Counted from the first letter of the stretch, positions 21,090 through 31,609 are shown. The stretch is 64,000 nucleotides of DNA from a virus (IMGVR_UViG_3300024350_000008); one strand, 5' to 3'. Notes: generated from the sequence alone by a model not told the origin. Translations and numbers: made by a program.

Positions 21090-21818
21090 TCATCTCAAGT
21101 TTGGAGCGTTAGGTGCTTGACCATCAACGCCATCACTTGTGATGTCTGTCTTAAGTTTGAAATACGTAGTGAGAAGCTTCTGAGAAGTGAGCTCTAACAC
21201 CTGCTTTTCTAGGTAGCCAGGCACTGGAGATTCTTTATCTAAAGGATTTACACACAGTTGCTCTGGTGTATAGCTAGGAGTTCCACATCCACATTCTGGA
21301 TACATTATCTCATTTGGAACATCTTCCTCGAAAAGAGCAACTAGTCTGATTGCTTTTAGCAATGGGTTGTTTACATACAGATACCCATTTGAAATCCAAT
21401 AGTATTCTTCCTTCTTAATAATTGGAAGCTTGAGCAAATTCACGTATCGGTTGATGGTTATTTCCTTAAGTTTCTTTCCCTGTCCACTCATGGCGTTAAT
21501 TGAATAAACACCCTGAATTACATACTGATAGTTACCCTCTGTAATCCTAGGAAGCTTAAACTTCGTTCTAGAGACCGTGCAAGGATCAGCATAATCACAG
21601 CATTCAGAAATAGGAACTTCCACCATCTCTAGACAAGGAATGGTGGTAAAAACTGTATCGGTTGCCCATAACTTCCTCAGATTAGTCTCACGCTTTATCA
21701 AGAGGAAGGCATTGTTCTTAATCTCAGACATAATAGCTCTATCTGTGATCAAGTTGTCTGTGGAGAGCAACTTGTGCATAGAGCGCGCATCTGAAACTAA
21801 CTTCCTAAAAGTTGACAT
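21090..21818 (-). CDS. Hypothetical structural protein (242 aa)
   Basis: ORF. Its start overlaps the end of the upstream gene. Confidence 0.35.
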   Translation of the reverse strand: MSTFRKLVSDARSMHKLLSTDNLITDRAIMSEIKNNAFLLIKRETNLRKLWATDTVFTTIPCLEMVEVPISECCDYADPCTVSRTKFKLPRITEGNYQYVIQGVYSINAMSGQGKKLKEITINRYVNLLKLPIIKKEEYYWISNGYLYVNNPLLKAIRLVALFEEDVPNEIMYPECGCGTPSYTPEQLCVNPLDKESPVPGYLEKQVLELTSQKLLTTYFKLKTDITSDGVDGQAPNAPNLR

Positions 21819-23068
21819 TATAAATACTGTTTGAATATATTTGTTATTCCATTATCATAGTCTATCAAGAATCCTGTCACTTCACCTTTGGTTATTGTGT
21901 ACCCATTTTTATCATCCCATCCACTCTTAGCTGTGGAGAAGGCTGGAAGCTGATAGAACTTAATACCATTGAAATCTAAACTCATTTCATGGTGTTTATC
22001 ACCTGTAAATATGTAGAAATTATCGTGGTCTGACCATGCAAATTTGAACTCCATTGGGAACAGATGCGCAAGTTTTGCAGGCTTAAGAGCATCTCCGTGG
22101 TTGAACATCATTGCAGAACTTCCATAACTTACGTACTTCCTATACCTTGGAGATATGTCAAAATGCACACGATATTCTTTTCTGTAATAGGTTTTCAACC
22201 AACTGGCTAAATGCCATCCTACATACTCATCATGATTGCCAGCTACAAATATCACCTCCACTTCTTCACCCTTCTGAAGGAGAAGGTTTATCACACTCAC
22301 TTCATGATCACAGATAGCTTGGAAAGCATCGTGATAGGACAAGATGTTTTGTTGGGGTGTACCCTTTGTAGTGGTGTTGGTAAACTCACTATTGAACTCA
22401 TCAGAACCAATGATGTATTTGATATCTGTGAGATTGTTGGCTAGAGAGGCTTGGTCTAGGATGATCTCCACCCTCTGTATGAAATCACCAAAACGCTCGT
22501 CTATATCGTTATCCCCTGCTATATCTAGTTTGTTTAAATGGGCATCCTGTTTGTTGATAATAAGGCAAGCATCTTGTCTGCCTGCATCATACTTAGGAGC
22601 CACTATCTCAGGCGAAACAGGTGTATATGTCTCAAGAAATGTGATGAAATTATCTTGAAAAACTTGTTCTCCTTTCTTCTTGCCCAGCCATGCTTTCACT
22701 TGGTAGTGAGGCTGCTCAGCATTTCCCCAGTAGTTTTGTACGTATTTAGTTATTTCCCATTTCTCTGTATCAATCTTGCACTTCTCAATGAGCTCATCTA
22801 AACTTTTGATTTCCTCTTTAGAGTTGAAGACCACTTCTCCAGTTCCCCTTTGAACGTCTTCATAAAATCTTACTATCTGATCTTCTAGCTCCCCAATGTA
22901 GTTCCCTATCTCTGCGTCATCCTGTGCCATCTGCGAACTTCGCAGCTCCTTTATCAAATCATCCACTTCGCTTTCTGTAATGTTGAGTTTGTCTGCATAG
23001 AACTTTTTGCTCTTTTTCCAGTGAAGCATATGCTCCATCTGTTGCAGAAGAGATTGATTTTCAGGCAT
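21818..23068 (-). CDS. Calcineurin-like metallophosphoesterase (416 aa) encoded inside the tail module
   Basis: The sequence IFVAGNHDEY matches the GNH[DE] motif. FNHGD and GDKHH are present downstream. N-terminal coiled-coil-like region. Confidence 0.5.
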   Translation of the reverse strand: MPENQSLLQQMEHMLHWKKSKKFYADKLNITESEVDDLIKELRSSQMAQDDAEIGNYIGELEDQIVRFYEDVQRGTGEVVFNSKEEIKSLDELIEKCKIDTEKWEITKYVQNYWGNAEQPHYQVKAWLGKKKGEQVFQDNFITFLETYTPVSPEIVAPKYDAGRQDACLIINKQDAHLNKLDIAGDNDIDERFGDFIQRVEIILDQASLANNLTDIKYIIGSDEFNSEFTNTTTKGTPQQNILSYHDAFQAICDHEVSVINLLLQKGEEVEVIFVAGNHDEYVGWHLASWLKTYYRKEYRVHFDISPRYRKYVSYGSSAMMFNHGDALKPAKLAHLFPMEFKFAWSDHDNFYIFTGDKHHEMSLDFNGIKFYQLPAFSTAKSGWDDKNGYTITKGEVTGFLIDYDNGITNIFKQYL

Positions 23069-23156
23069 TTACGTTTTAGTTTGATTAAAATTGGCCTAAA
23101 GGTACGAAAGTTTTTTCATATTTTCCAAATTATTTTAACCAACTTCATTATTGTTA

Positions 23157-23173
23157 CTAACTAAGTTAGTTAG
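23157..23173. promoter_or_regulatory. 17-bp perfect palindrome CTAACTAA-G-TTAGTTAG in the intergenic region upstream of the phosphoesterase gene
   Basis: Seen directly in the sequence. Followed by CCCCAGGG twice and a CAGGGA-GGA-TCCCTG hairpin. Confidence 0.4.
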
Positions 23174-23244
23174 AAAACAAAAACTCCCCAGGGCCATAGC
23201 CCCAGGGAGGATCCCTGAAAACCAACAAACAGGGATTTTTAACT

Positions 23245-23499
23245 TTATGAAGGTGTGCAACAATCGTCTATTTGACTCTGAAGGTTTACGATTTGTTGTT
23301 TCAGTATACAAATTTGTTCGTCTATTTTTTGAAGAGACACAGTCACTGTATCACATGTATGAATCTGTGTACATGGAAGGTTTGGACCACTGTATGACAC
23401 ACTATTCGTTGGAATAGGCTGTGCTGTACAAGGTTCACACGCAGCATAAACAGGAGTGACTACAGGTGTGCAGCATGGGTTTTGTGGAAGAAATATCAT
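23245..23499 (-). CDS. Small Cys-rich protein (84 aa)
   Basis: ORF immediately downstream of the fibre gene. Ten Cys residues. Confidence 0.3.
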   Translation of the reverse strand: MIFLPQNPCCTPVVTPVYAACEPCTAQPIPTNSVSYSGPNLPCTQIHTCDTVTVSLQKIDEQICILKQQIVNLQSQIDDCCTPS

Positions 23500-23520
23500 T
23501 TTATGTAAAGAGTTTAGCTA

Positions 23521-24618
23521 TTAAGGAATATACATGATGTAGTAACATCCAAGACCAGGTTGATAGTTGTTATGACCTAGTCCTCCTCCTGTAGAGCCAA
23601 TAGTAACACTTACGGAGATTCCTGTACTTGCTGAGTTAGTAGTTGCAGAAGAACTCTTTGTACCAGCTTGATCCATATAATCAGCAACAGCACCCGCTTC
23701 ATCTGGATCAGATTTACCAGGAGCGTAAGCAAGTGTATGTGTGTGTCCAGGATCAGTTACAGATGATGTAGCTGAGTGTGAGTGTGCAGGTATTTGGTTG
23801 GTAGCAAGAGTCACTGTATTAGAACCAGCTGTTCCCAGAAGAGTGTAGTTAGGGTTGCTTGGCACAGCAGGATCCACTGCAGGGCTCATAGCTCCACCTC
23901 CCATACCTGTTGTCACTCCCACTGGAACACGTCCTCTTTTATCAGGCGTTCCATTTTGACCATTACAGAGGTAGATTTTCTCCCAGTCACCAATACCAGC
24001 ACCTGTACCATCAAACTTACCTGTAAGAGAGCCATAGTATTCTACAGCTACATAAGGTATCATTTTGTTATAATACTTGGTGCTTGTACCAATACTGTTT
24101 AGGTAAGCCTGAATTAATGCGTTGAGATCAGCAAGCTTGACATAGTTTGTATCTACATCAAGAGCTAGCGCTGCAAGGTCCACTTCTATATCACAAATCT
24201 TATTGATGGCTGCCTGAAGGATGGCATGTGTTCCAGAAGAACCAGTTACACCATCAAGACAACCCACTGTATATGCTCCCTCTAGAGCAGCAAAGTCAGC
24301 CTCAAGAGCAGTGAGTCTTGTGTCAAGCTCACATATGGCCTTTATTAATGCATTGATAACATTTATGAGTGTGAGGTCTTCACATTCTACAAGATTCTTG
24401 TTTACAATCTCACAGATAATTTGAGGGTCAATTGGTAAAACTATACCACTTCCATCAAGTGTAGATACAAGAAAAGTAATCAATGCTTGTTCAACATACG
24501 AAAGAGAATCTCCTGTTTGAATTCCCAAAACGGGAACATCCACTCCTGTATATCTCACACATTGATCAGAAATTGTTTCTGCACAACCGTTATAGCAATT
24601 TGAACAAATGTTGGACAT
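23521..24618 (-). CDS. Tail fibre protein with a phage tail-collar-type motif (365 aa)
   Basis: The stretch YLCNGQNGTPDKRGRVPVG resembles the tail-collar pattern C-x-G...PD-x-RGR-x-P-x-G. The C-terminal stretch HSHSATSSVTDPGHTHT carries H-x-H motifs. Confidence 0.55.
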   Translation of the reverse strand: MSNICSNCYNGCAETISDQCVRYTGVDVPVLGIQTGDSLSYVEQALITFLVSTLDGSGIVLPIDPQIICEIVNKNLVECEDLTLINVINALIKAICELDTRLTALEADFAALEGAYTVGCLDGVTGSSGTHAILQAAINKICDIEVDLAALALDVDTNYVKLADLNALIQAYLNSIGTSTKYYNKMIPYVAVEYYGSLTGKFDGTGAGIGDWEKIYLCNGQNGTPDKRGRVPVGVTTGMGGGAMSPAVDPAVPSNPNYTLLGTAGSNTVTLATNQIPAHSHSATSSVTDPGHTHTLAYAPGKSDPDEAGAVADYMDQAGTKSSSATTNSASTGISVSVTIGSTGGGLGHNNYQPGLGCYYIMYIP

Positions 24619-24885
24619 TTATTTATATTTTAAAAGTTTAACTCTGCTCGCAATCATATTCACTGTATAACAAGCAGCATAATCGGGATTACAATACTTG
24701 TAGACAAGTATTCTTCTGTAGTTTATGAGTGCCAGCATTACCCCTCCAGGTACAGGCTGGTTCAACATAAACACAACATTATTGTACAAATTGTTTCCAA
24801 GGGCTGCCAGTTTACAATCTATCTCAGCGATAAGATTGGGAATACTAGCGCACTCTGGACAATTTGTAAGCCTGGGTGATAACAT
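24619..24885 (-). CDS. Small Cys-containing protein (88 aa)
   Basis: ORF abutting the fibre gene. Confidence 0.3.
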   Translation of the reverse strand: MLSPRLTNCPECASIPNLIAEIDCKLAALGNNLYNNVVFMLNQPVPGGVMLALINYRRILVYKYCNPDYAACYTVNMIASRVKLLKYK

Positions 24886-24998
24886 TTCCTATAATTTTTC
24901 TTCCTTGTTTTACAGCAGAATTGCATGCAGCACAAAGACCGTTAATCAATTGACATCCACATCCAACCTTAGCTCCACATTTTTTACAAGCAGCCATA

Positions 24999-25562
24999 TT
25001 AATAAAAGTTTATAATGTAGTTGTTTCCAGAACATCCACAATTGTTCTTCAAGAAGTTGTTCAGCATCATATCTGCCTGATTGTACATTTTTGTTGCTTC
25101 AACATCAGCACAGTTGTTGGCAGCAGCTAAAGCTCCCTGTATAAAGAAATTTATAGTGTTCAAATCTACAAACGCTTGTGTTTTTATAGCTCTATCACAT
25201 TCCATCATATCAAGCTTCATAAATGCTCCATCAAACTTCTCTTGTAGCTGTTCAATACGCATGATTGACTTCTCTACATAGTTTAAGTATGCAGGAGCCA
25301 CAGAATATTTTAAACGATACACACCATCAGGAAGTGGCTGATCCACACCTGGAGGAGTGATTCCTAAGTTTGATGTTGTAAATATGTTGAAGTCATTAAC
25401 ACTAAAAGGTTTGAAGAATGTGCCAAATCCAGGAACTGTGATTTCAATTGTAGCACCAGAAACAACAGGTGGATTAGTTGGATAGGTAGAGGCATCAGCA
25501 ACCCCAAGTGTGGTTACATTATATGTAGGGATTACCAGTATGTCTAGTTTTAAATCTGCCAT
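24999..25562 (-). CDS. Tail or fibre-associated protein (187 aa)
   Basis: ORF. C-terminal coiled-coil-like segment. Confidence 0.4.
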   Translation of the reverse strand: MADLKLDILVIPTYNVTTLGVADASTYPTNPPVVSGATIEITVPGFGTFFKPFSVNDFNIFTTSNLGITPPGVDQPLPDGVYRLKYSVAPAYLNYVEKSIMRIEQLQEKFDGAFMKLDMMECDRAIKTQAFVDLNTINFFIQGALAAANNCADVEATKMYNQADMMLNNFLKNNCGCSGNNYIINFY

Positions 25563-25651
25563 GTTGTCTTAAATAATTAAGCCAGAGGATTGAGTTTTAA
25601 ATCCTCTCACCTCTGGCTTAGGTTAATATAATCTAGGTTATTCTCCTACTA

Positions 25652-26824
25652 TTACGGAATCAAAGTTGTAGTAGTAGAAGTAGAAGGCCATACAGTGGTT
25701 GTTGTAGAAGTGGTAGTTACACAAACTCCATTCTCATCAGCCACAGCACCAAGACCAGCTACAAGAACAGCCTCAATTGCAGCTTCAGCAGCGCTATCTT
25801 TTTCAACAGCAATGATTACAGTGCTATCTTCTTTGATATAATCGCCCCAGCTGTAAACAGACTTGTCATACTCATTGAACTTGATGTAATAGGTGGTGTA
25901 GGTTGTACCATCGCTCACCCAAGATTCAAAGTTCTCGTTGTAGCCATTCATTCTGTAAAGATGCTTCAAGTAACCAGCTTGATAGCTGTAGAAGTTCTTT
26001 TCTAATTGTGCAATCTCAGCAGAAGTACCAGTGGCGTAAGAAGAACGCTGTACAACTACAGGATCAGCAACAACGTTACAAGGATCGTACACAATGAAGT
26101 CAGCAGTTGTTGCTGGACCACTGTACACGAATGTACGGAACCACATTCTGTCATACTCGAAAGGAAATGCTGCAACGTCACAAGGCTGACCATATTTAGT
26201 CAATGGTTTACCAGTGATACGCAAGAATGCGTTTGCATCATTACCAATTCTTTGGAACTGATAGAAATCAGACAAAGTGATGTTGTCAGGGTTGTTACCT
26301 GGAGCTTGCAAATTCAAATGATAGATTACATCATCAATGAATGCAGGAACATCAACAGCAGCACAAGGGTTACCGTCACACTCACAACAAGGAGCATTTA
26401 CAGTGACTGAACGAGTGAAACCGTTAAAATACAAAGTGTCTAAATAGCTAGAGTGAGCACGAAGTGTAAGGGTTACCACCTCACCACATTGTACATTCCA
26501 GTTTACTACATCAGTGATTTGAGTCAATGGTGTAGGACAACCGTTCACTTTATACCATTCAGTTACGTTGCTTTTGCAACCAGATCCTGAAGGACAACCT
26601 TTAATCTTATCAGAACGCTTAGAGCCTTGCAGATAAGTGTTGGTACGGCCCTGCGCAATATAGAAATAAGGAGAAGCAGCAATGTTACCAGCTGTGGCAA
26701 CAGAGTAGTCAGCACGGTAGATACCCACCTGACCTGCTGTTAGGTCTTGCGTAGATCCAGAGCTAGGGAGCGCAGTTTGCCCTACTGGTACTACGAAGAG
26801 CGTAGTTAATGAAAAATCAGCCAT
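25652..26824 (-). CDS. Tail or capsid-associated structural protein (390 aa) with a C-terminal Thr-rich tail
   Basis: ORF. The C-terminus reads TTTSTTTTVWPSTSTTTTLIP. Confidence 0.45.
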   Translation of the reverse strand: MADFSLTTLFVVPVGQTALPSSGSTQDLTAGQVGIYRADYSVATAGNIAASPYFYIAQGRTNTYLQGSKRSDKIKGCPSGSGCKSNVTEWYKVNGCPTPLTQITDVVNWNVQCGEVVTLTLRAHSSYLDTLYFNGFTRSVTVNAPCCECDGNPCAAVDVPAFIDDVIYHLNLQAPGNNPDNITLSDFYQFQRIGNDANAFLRITGKPLTKYGQPCDVAAFPFEYDRMWFRTFVYSGPATTADFIVYDPCNVVADPVVVQRSSYATGTSAEIAQLEKNFYSYQAGYLKHLYRMNGYNENFESWVSDGTTYTTYYIKFNEYDKSVYSWGDYIKEDSTVIIAVEKDSAAEAAIEAVLVAGLGAVADENGVCVTTTSTTTTVWPSTSTTTTLIP

Positions 26825-26852
26825 TTTGCTTTATTTTTAGTGATTAAAAAAC

Positions 26853-27584
26853 TTATTCGTTTGTCTGTATCCTGAACTGTGCACTTTGAACAGCGGGTGC
26901 GTTCTCTGTATACATAGCTAGGTTTTGTACTGTTAAGTCTACCAATTCATCCTCTAGATAGAGTTCAAGTTCGCAGTCTTGGTTGTAAGATGGTTCTCCG
27001 TCAAGCATTATATATCCTTCTTTATTGATATAAACTGGATATCTCATGTAAGACATGTAGATTTTGCTTGGGGTGAATGTCCCATCGGTGAAGATGCTTA
27101 TTTCATCTGTCGAAAGGAAGTTGAAAGTCTCTTGGTATTCAAAGCTTGGTCTGTAATGGTCGTTGTTCAGAATGAACTGAAGGTCACCATGTTTAGCCAA
27201 ATCTCTGTTTATCCAGATCTTTCTGTCCTTACACACTCCTTTGTCAGCCAGTACATAACTATCAATATAGAACATGTACTTGGGAACTAGGAGATGCAGA
27301 TTAGCAAACCATTGATTTAGTTCCTTGTTCTTGAGTTTGAGCTCAAGAGGTTGGTGGTTGTAAGTGATCACCAAACTTTGGAGGTCCTCGTAACGCTTCT
27401 TAAAAGCGTCAAGTCCCATTCCACTTATCACACTAAAACCATCAACCTTTTGTTTTATCAGCTTTATCTGAGCCTCATTGAGGGCTAGTATCTTGTCTTC
27501 TAAGTTTATCTGCTGGTGTACATTAGTTGATAGTTTATTTAGTTTCTGATCTATCTTGTATAATAAACTATCTACTGGTATCAT
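26853..27584 (-). CDS. Structural protein (243 aa)
   Basis: ORF. Its start overlaps the upstream gene. Confidence 0.4.
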   Translation of the reverse strand: MIPVDSLLYKIDQKLNKLSTNVHQQINLEDKILALNEAQIKLIKQKVDGFSVISGMGLDAFKKRYEDLQSLVITYNHQPLELKLKNKELNQWFANLHLLVPKYMFYIDSYVLADKGVCKDRKIWINRDLAKHGDLQFILNNDHYRPSFEYQETFNFLSTDEISIFTDGTFTPSKIYMSYMRYPVYINKEGYIMLDGEPSYNQDCELELYLEDELVDLTVQNLAMYTENAPAVQSAQFRIQTNE

Positions 27585-28549
27585 ACTGCAGCTAATTTCT
27601 TAGTTTTCAACTTTCCTTCGAGAGTCAAGAGCAAGTCTTGATTGTCATCATCAGAGAGTTGTTTAATCAAATCATCTTCGTCCTTAGCTATTTCAAATTC
27701 ACCTTCATAGATTTTACCATTTGGCTTAGATCTGTATATTGAATGTGTGATGGCTTGTTTCACTAAGTCTTTGATATGGAGTAAGTTGTCTTTCATATCT
27801 GCAAAGCGTGTGAACACTTCAACAGGATTCAACCCCTGATACTTACCGTTTTTAAACTCGGTTTGTTTGAGGACATTGTCTACAAGGTTGTAAACTGCTT
27901 CCTCTTTAGTATCATCAGTTACAGGTAGGCCCAACAAACGTGCCACTTTTCTTTTTCTCTCAGGAGTCATTCCATCAAACTTGACAATAGCTTTGTTGAT
28001 GAGTTGCTTCTTCTTGAACAGAACAGCATTTTCAATTTCATCATCAGCTACGTAAAACTGTGTGTCAGCTGGATATTCACCACGCTCCCAAGCTTGATAT
28101 GAGCTTGCGATGGTTGGATGAACACGTAACCAAGAAAAAGCTAGTTCCTGTAGAGGAATTGCAAGATCGAAGAAGTTGTCACCATCCAGAAGTTTAACAG
28201 GCTGAACATGCATTCCATCTTGTGTAGATGTAGACAATCCATAGTTCCAAAAACTAGAACGAGGACCTAAGTCAACATCACCAAGAGCAGCTTGCAATTT
28301 AGCTTTCAGTTTTGTAACACGCTCAATCTCCAAGTCTCTTTCTAGAGGATCAGAAATTCTGCGGATGTAAGCAGCTTCAGTATCAAGTCCTGTTCTGTAT
28401 TTACCATCCAATTCCTTATAGGGATATTTAAACACCCCTGTTCCAGGAATACGCGTTAAACCTTTTAAAGCAAGTCCACCTTGCATTGTCTGAAGTTGTG
28501 AGTTATTATACTCCTTCTTAATTGTTGAGATTTTACCTAACTTACCCAT
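27581..28549 (-). CDS. Abundant head or connector-associated protein (322 aa)
   Basis: ORF downstream of the capsid gene. It shares the AAACTACATATG start context with the scaffold gene. Confidence 0.45.
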   Translation of the reverse strand: MGKLGKISTIKKEYNNSQLQTMQGGLALKGLTRIPGTGVFKYPYKELDGKYRTGLDTEAAYIRRISDPLERDLEIERVTKLKAKLQAALGDVDLGPRSSFWNYGLSTSTQDGMHVQPVKLLDGDNFFDLAIPLQELAFSWLRVHPTIASSYQAWERGEYPADTQFYVADDEIENAVLFKKKQLINKAIVKFDGMTPERKRKVARLLGLPVTDDTKEEAVYNLVDNVLKQTEFKNGKYQGLNPVEVFTRFADMKDNLLHIKDLVKQAITHSIYRSKPNGKIYEGEFEIAKDEDDLIKQLSDDDNQDLLLTLEGKLKTKKLAAV

Positions 28550-28651
28550 ATGTAGTTTATTTATTTGGTTTTATTCGCAGAGTGATTCCCATCGAAGGGA
28601 TAGCGATTGGGAGACACCCCAGTCCAACCACTCTGTAGTTTGAGAAGAGCT

Positions 28652-28672
28652 CCCCCACAGGGAGTGTGGGGG
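28652..28672 (-). other. GC-rich 8-bp hairpin (CCCCCACA paired with TGTGGGGG) in the 190-bp non-coding stretch downstream of the capsid gene
   Basis: Perfect stem in an otherwise AT-rich genome. A second hairpin GATGCT/AGCATC at 28707..28730 lies immediately after the capsid stop. Confidence 0.4.
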
Positions 28673-28739
28673 GCATTCTCTTCTCGATTTTATGAAGACT
28701 AGGATGCTGATCTTACGGGTAGCATCACTAGTACGGTCA

Positions 28740-30293
28740 TTAGAATTGTGGAATCTCTTCGATCAAAACTGTACGAGACAAGTCTTCGATAAAGACATCA
28801 CAACGGTCTTTCATCCAGATTTCATATCCTGGGAATTTGTTTGCAGAGCTCATACCCTGAGATTTGGCAAATCCCAAATGGTGACGAGTTCCATCAATAT
28901 ATCCCCAAGTCATAGAAGGTGCACCCTTCATACGAACTTCACGGATGTTGTTAACCATAGAACCATCAGACATTGGAGACACGTCAAATACCATGAATAC
29001 AGGAGTGCTCTTCTTGTTCTGACCAAATTCTAAGTTAGTTTGAGGCAAATCCAATTCTTTCAAATGGATGAGCTCAACACGACCAGTTTCACGTGTAACC
29101 ATTGCATCGAATGCAAAGTTGTAAGTGATGTGCTGGCCTTCGCCTTGCAAATAACGGTTACCGCTATCAGCCATGAATGTCAAACCGCTGTTCAAAGCGT
29201 CATTCTTCAAAGCTTGTTGGAACACGTCAAATCCAGCTTCGTTGGTGTACATTTTCACTCTACGATCTTTAACATCCACCCTTCTGTAGAACAAGTCTCC
29301 AAAAACAGAACGGATCAAGTTCGCAGTGAATTCACCACGGTTGTATTGTACCAAGTTACCGTTGTTACGCATTCTGTGGTAAACACCAGCAGATGTACGC
29401 TTCAATTCTTGCTTGCTACCATTTGTTTTAACAGTGCCTGGGCGAGACCAAATCATACGCTTAACTTTCAACTCAAGCATAGACTTTCTCATCCAGAACT
29501 CGATGAATGGCTCCCATTTAACATCGTTACGAGTTAAAGGAAGTTGGTTACGTCTTTGAGGAGCGTAAACCAAGATATCCAAAGGATTACCTTTGCTATC
29601 TCTCATCATTTTGTCATCAGCCCACTCAGTGATTTTGTGCTCAAAACCATATGCAGAACCCAAAGATTCAAACATTGTGATTTGCTCACCCAAACGAGGA
29701 AGACCTAACAAGTCTTGGTCAAATTCACCAATCGCAGCGTCAACTAGTTCAAGTTCAATGCCCACTTGCAAGAACACAGGACTAACGAAGTCTACAGTTG
29801 GATTGTCTGTAACCAAAGTGAAGCTATAAAGGAAGCCCATGTTCCAAGGAACTGGATCCTTAATAACGTAAAAGCGAGGACCATATTGGCGAGAACCAAC
29901 AGAAACGATAGCGTTCTTAGAGAACTCGTTTGTGTCAATTACCAATTGGAACTCTTGACCATCAATACCAGGCTTGCTCAACTCAAGAGTGGAAGCAGGG
30001 ATGTCGATGATTTTAGGGAATTTGTACGGAACAGCTACTTGCCATTTCCAAGCATCGCTATTATTATCAATGTAATAAGGCGTGCTTTTGTTGATCATGT
30101 CTAGGAAGTCGTTGCTGTAAAGAGAGCTCTGTGTATAGAGGCTGATGATTTTCTTGTCGTAATCAGCAGGCTCAGTTGAGTGGAAGCTCTCCAGGTGGTT
30201 AGCGTCAGTTAGCTTACCAACAGCACGCTTGTCCATAGATGCGACACGAGCATACGTGAAGCCAGTTAGACCTGGGATTGTTTGAATTGCCAT
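28740..30293 (-). CDS. Major capsid protein (517 aa)
   Basis: Placed directly after the acidic scaffold gene. The size fits an HK97-fold capsid protein. A strong GC hairpin lies downstream. Confidence 0.55.
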   Translation of the reverse strand: MAIQTIPGLTGFTYARVASMDKRAVGKLTDANHLESFHSTEPADYDKKIISLYTQSSLYSNDFLDMINKSTPYYIDNNSDAWKWQVAVPYKFPKIIDIPASTLELSKPGIDGQEFQLVIDTNEFSKNAIVSVGSRQYGPRFYVIKDPVPWNMGFLYSFTLVTDNPTVDFVSPVFLQVGIELELVDAAIGEFDQDLLGLPRLGEQITMFESLGSAYGFEHKITEWADDKMMRDSKGNPLDILVYAPQRRNQLPLTRNDVKWEPFIEFWMRKSMLELKVKRMIWSRPGTVKTNGSKQELKRTSAGVYHRMRNNGNLVQYNRGEFTANLIRSVFGDLFYRRVDVKDRRVKMYTNEAGFDVFQQALKNDALNSGLTFMADSGNRYLQGEGQHITYNFAFDAMVTRETGRVELIHLKELDLPQTNLEFGQNKKSTPVFMVFDVSPMSDGSMVNNIREVRMKGAPSMTWGYIDGTRHHLGFAKSQGMSSANKFPGYEIWMKDRCDVFIEDLSRTVLIEEIPQF

Positions 30294-30319
30294 TTTGTTA
30301 TCCTTTTATTTATGAAAAT

Positions 30320-31609
30320 TTATAAGAACCATGAATTTTGTTTAGAAGGCTGTGCACCACCCACTGCTGACTTAGTTTTTGTAACCTGTCTAGCCACTTC
30401 CCCAAACAGCTCGTTTGATTTCTTTGAAACGCCTGTTCTTTGGATGGTAGATAATGTAGGGTCTTTTTCTAAGATTTTAAGCAGGAGAGCAACTTTCACC
30501 TTTGTTGCATGGTTCTCAGGTCTCTTCAATTCCAAGATGGTCTTGTCGAAATCAGTGAGGGTCTCACCGTTTGCTGTCTTATACTTATCTACCAGCAGGA
30601 AGTCTTGTAGTTCGTTTGCCAACTTGGGATTGATGGGTATACCATCAAACTCCTTAGATTTCAGCTTGTCGTTAAGAACTTGCTGAACATTCTGGATGTA
30701 TTGGTTTTTGATTGCTTGCTTTTGTTGGAGTTCTTGTTCAGCTCTTTGCTCCATTTGTTGGAGTTTTGCAGCTTCCTTTTTAACCAACACTTTATGGTGC
30801 TTTGTAGCAACGCTTTCCAAATCACCGTAGTTTTTGAGTCTTTCAACCTCTGTGTTAATGTCTTCAGTTTCAAAACCCTGATCAGCTAGTGCTTGTTTTA
30901 TCACTGCCACTTGATTATTCTCTTGTGACAAATCCATTTCAGCAAAGCTGGTCACGTTATTATATGTACCAAAGTAGTCCTTTGGATTAACGCCTTTTAC
31001 GAATATAGCATCAAACGCTTGTTGATAATCTTCCCCAAACTGACCAATGAAGCTCTGCACCATTTCAACAGCTCCTTTCTTCTTCTCATTTTGGAAGCGC
31101 TCAAGGAAAGCTTCAGGTGTAGAGATGTCAGCATCTTCTTCATCTTCATCCTTTGAAAAGACACCAAGTTTGAATAGGTCACGAGAAAGTGCGGTGAATT
31201 GACTCACTTGTTCTGTCTCCTCATCTTGTGATTCCTCTTCAGCAGCAGGAGCAGCTTCAGCAGGTTTTGCTTCGCCAGCTTTCTTCTTAACTGGTTGAGG
31301 ATCAACAGGTTGTGTTTCTTCCTCTTCTTCATCAGTGTTGTCACCAAGGAAGTTTGAAATCAAGTCCTGAGCAGAAGGTTCTTTACCATCTTGTTGAGGA
31401 ACGATTTCTTTTCCTTTAGGCACCTCAGGTTTTGGAGCAGGAGCAGGATCTTCTACGTTCTTTACAATCTCTTGAATCTGATCAGGATTGCTTGTAGAAG
31501 TTTCAGGAGAGAGCAAGTCATTAAGAAGCTCTGCACCTCCAGGTCCCATTTCCATAGTATTTTCAATACTAAAGTTGCCAAATGACGGGGTATCAAGGTT
31601 CTCAGCCAT
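30320..31609 (-). CDS. Scaffolding protein (429 aa, highly acidic, coiled-coil)
   Basis: Long acidic, low-complexity E/D/P/A-rich central region. Coiled-coil C-terminus. Sits between portal and capsid. Confidence 0.5.
   Translation of the reverse strand: MAENLDTPSFGNFSIENTMEMGPGGAELLNDLLSPETSTSNPDQIQEIVKNVEDPAPAPKPEVPKGKEIVPQQDGKEPSAQDLISNFLGDNTDEEEEETQPVDPQPVKKKAGEAKPAEAAPAAEEESQDEETEQVSQFTALSRDLFKLGVFSKDEDEEDADISTPEAFLERFQNEKKKGAVEMVQSFIGQFGEDYQQAFDAIFVKGVNPKDYFGTYNNVTSFAEMDLSQENNQVAVIKQALADQGFETEDINTEVERLKNYGDLESVATKHHKVLVKKEAAKLQQMEQRAEQELQQKQAIKNQYIQNVQQVLNDKLKSKEFDGIPINPKLANELQDFLLVDKYKTANGETLTDFDKTILELKRPENHATKVKVALLLKILEKDPTLSTIQRTGVSKKSNELFGEVARQVTKTKSAVGGAQPSKQNSWFL

Noticed and set aside
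28692-29537. Plus-strand ORFs of 113 and 165 aa
   Set aside because: They are antisense to the major capsid gene. Judged spurious.
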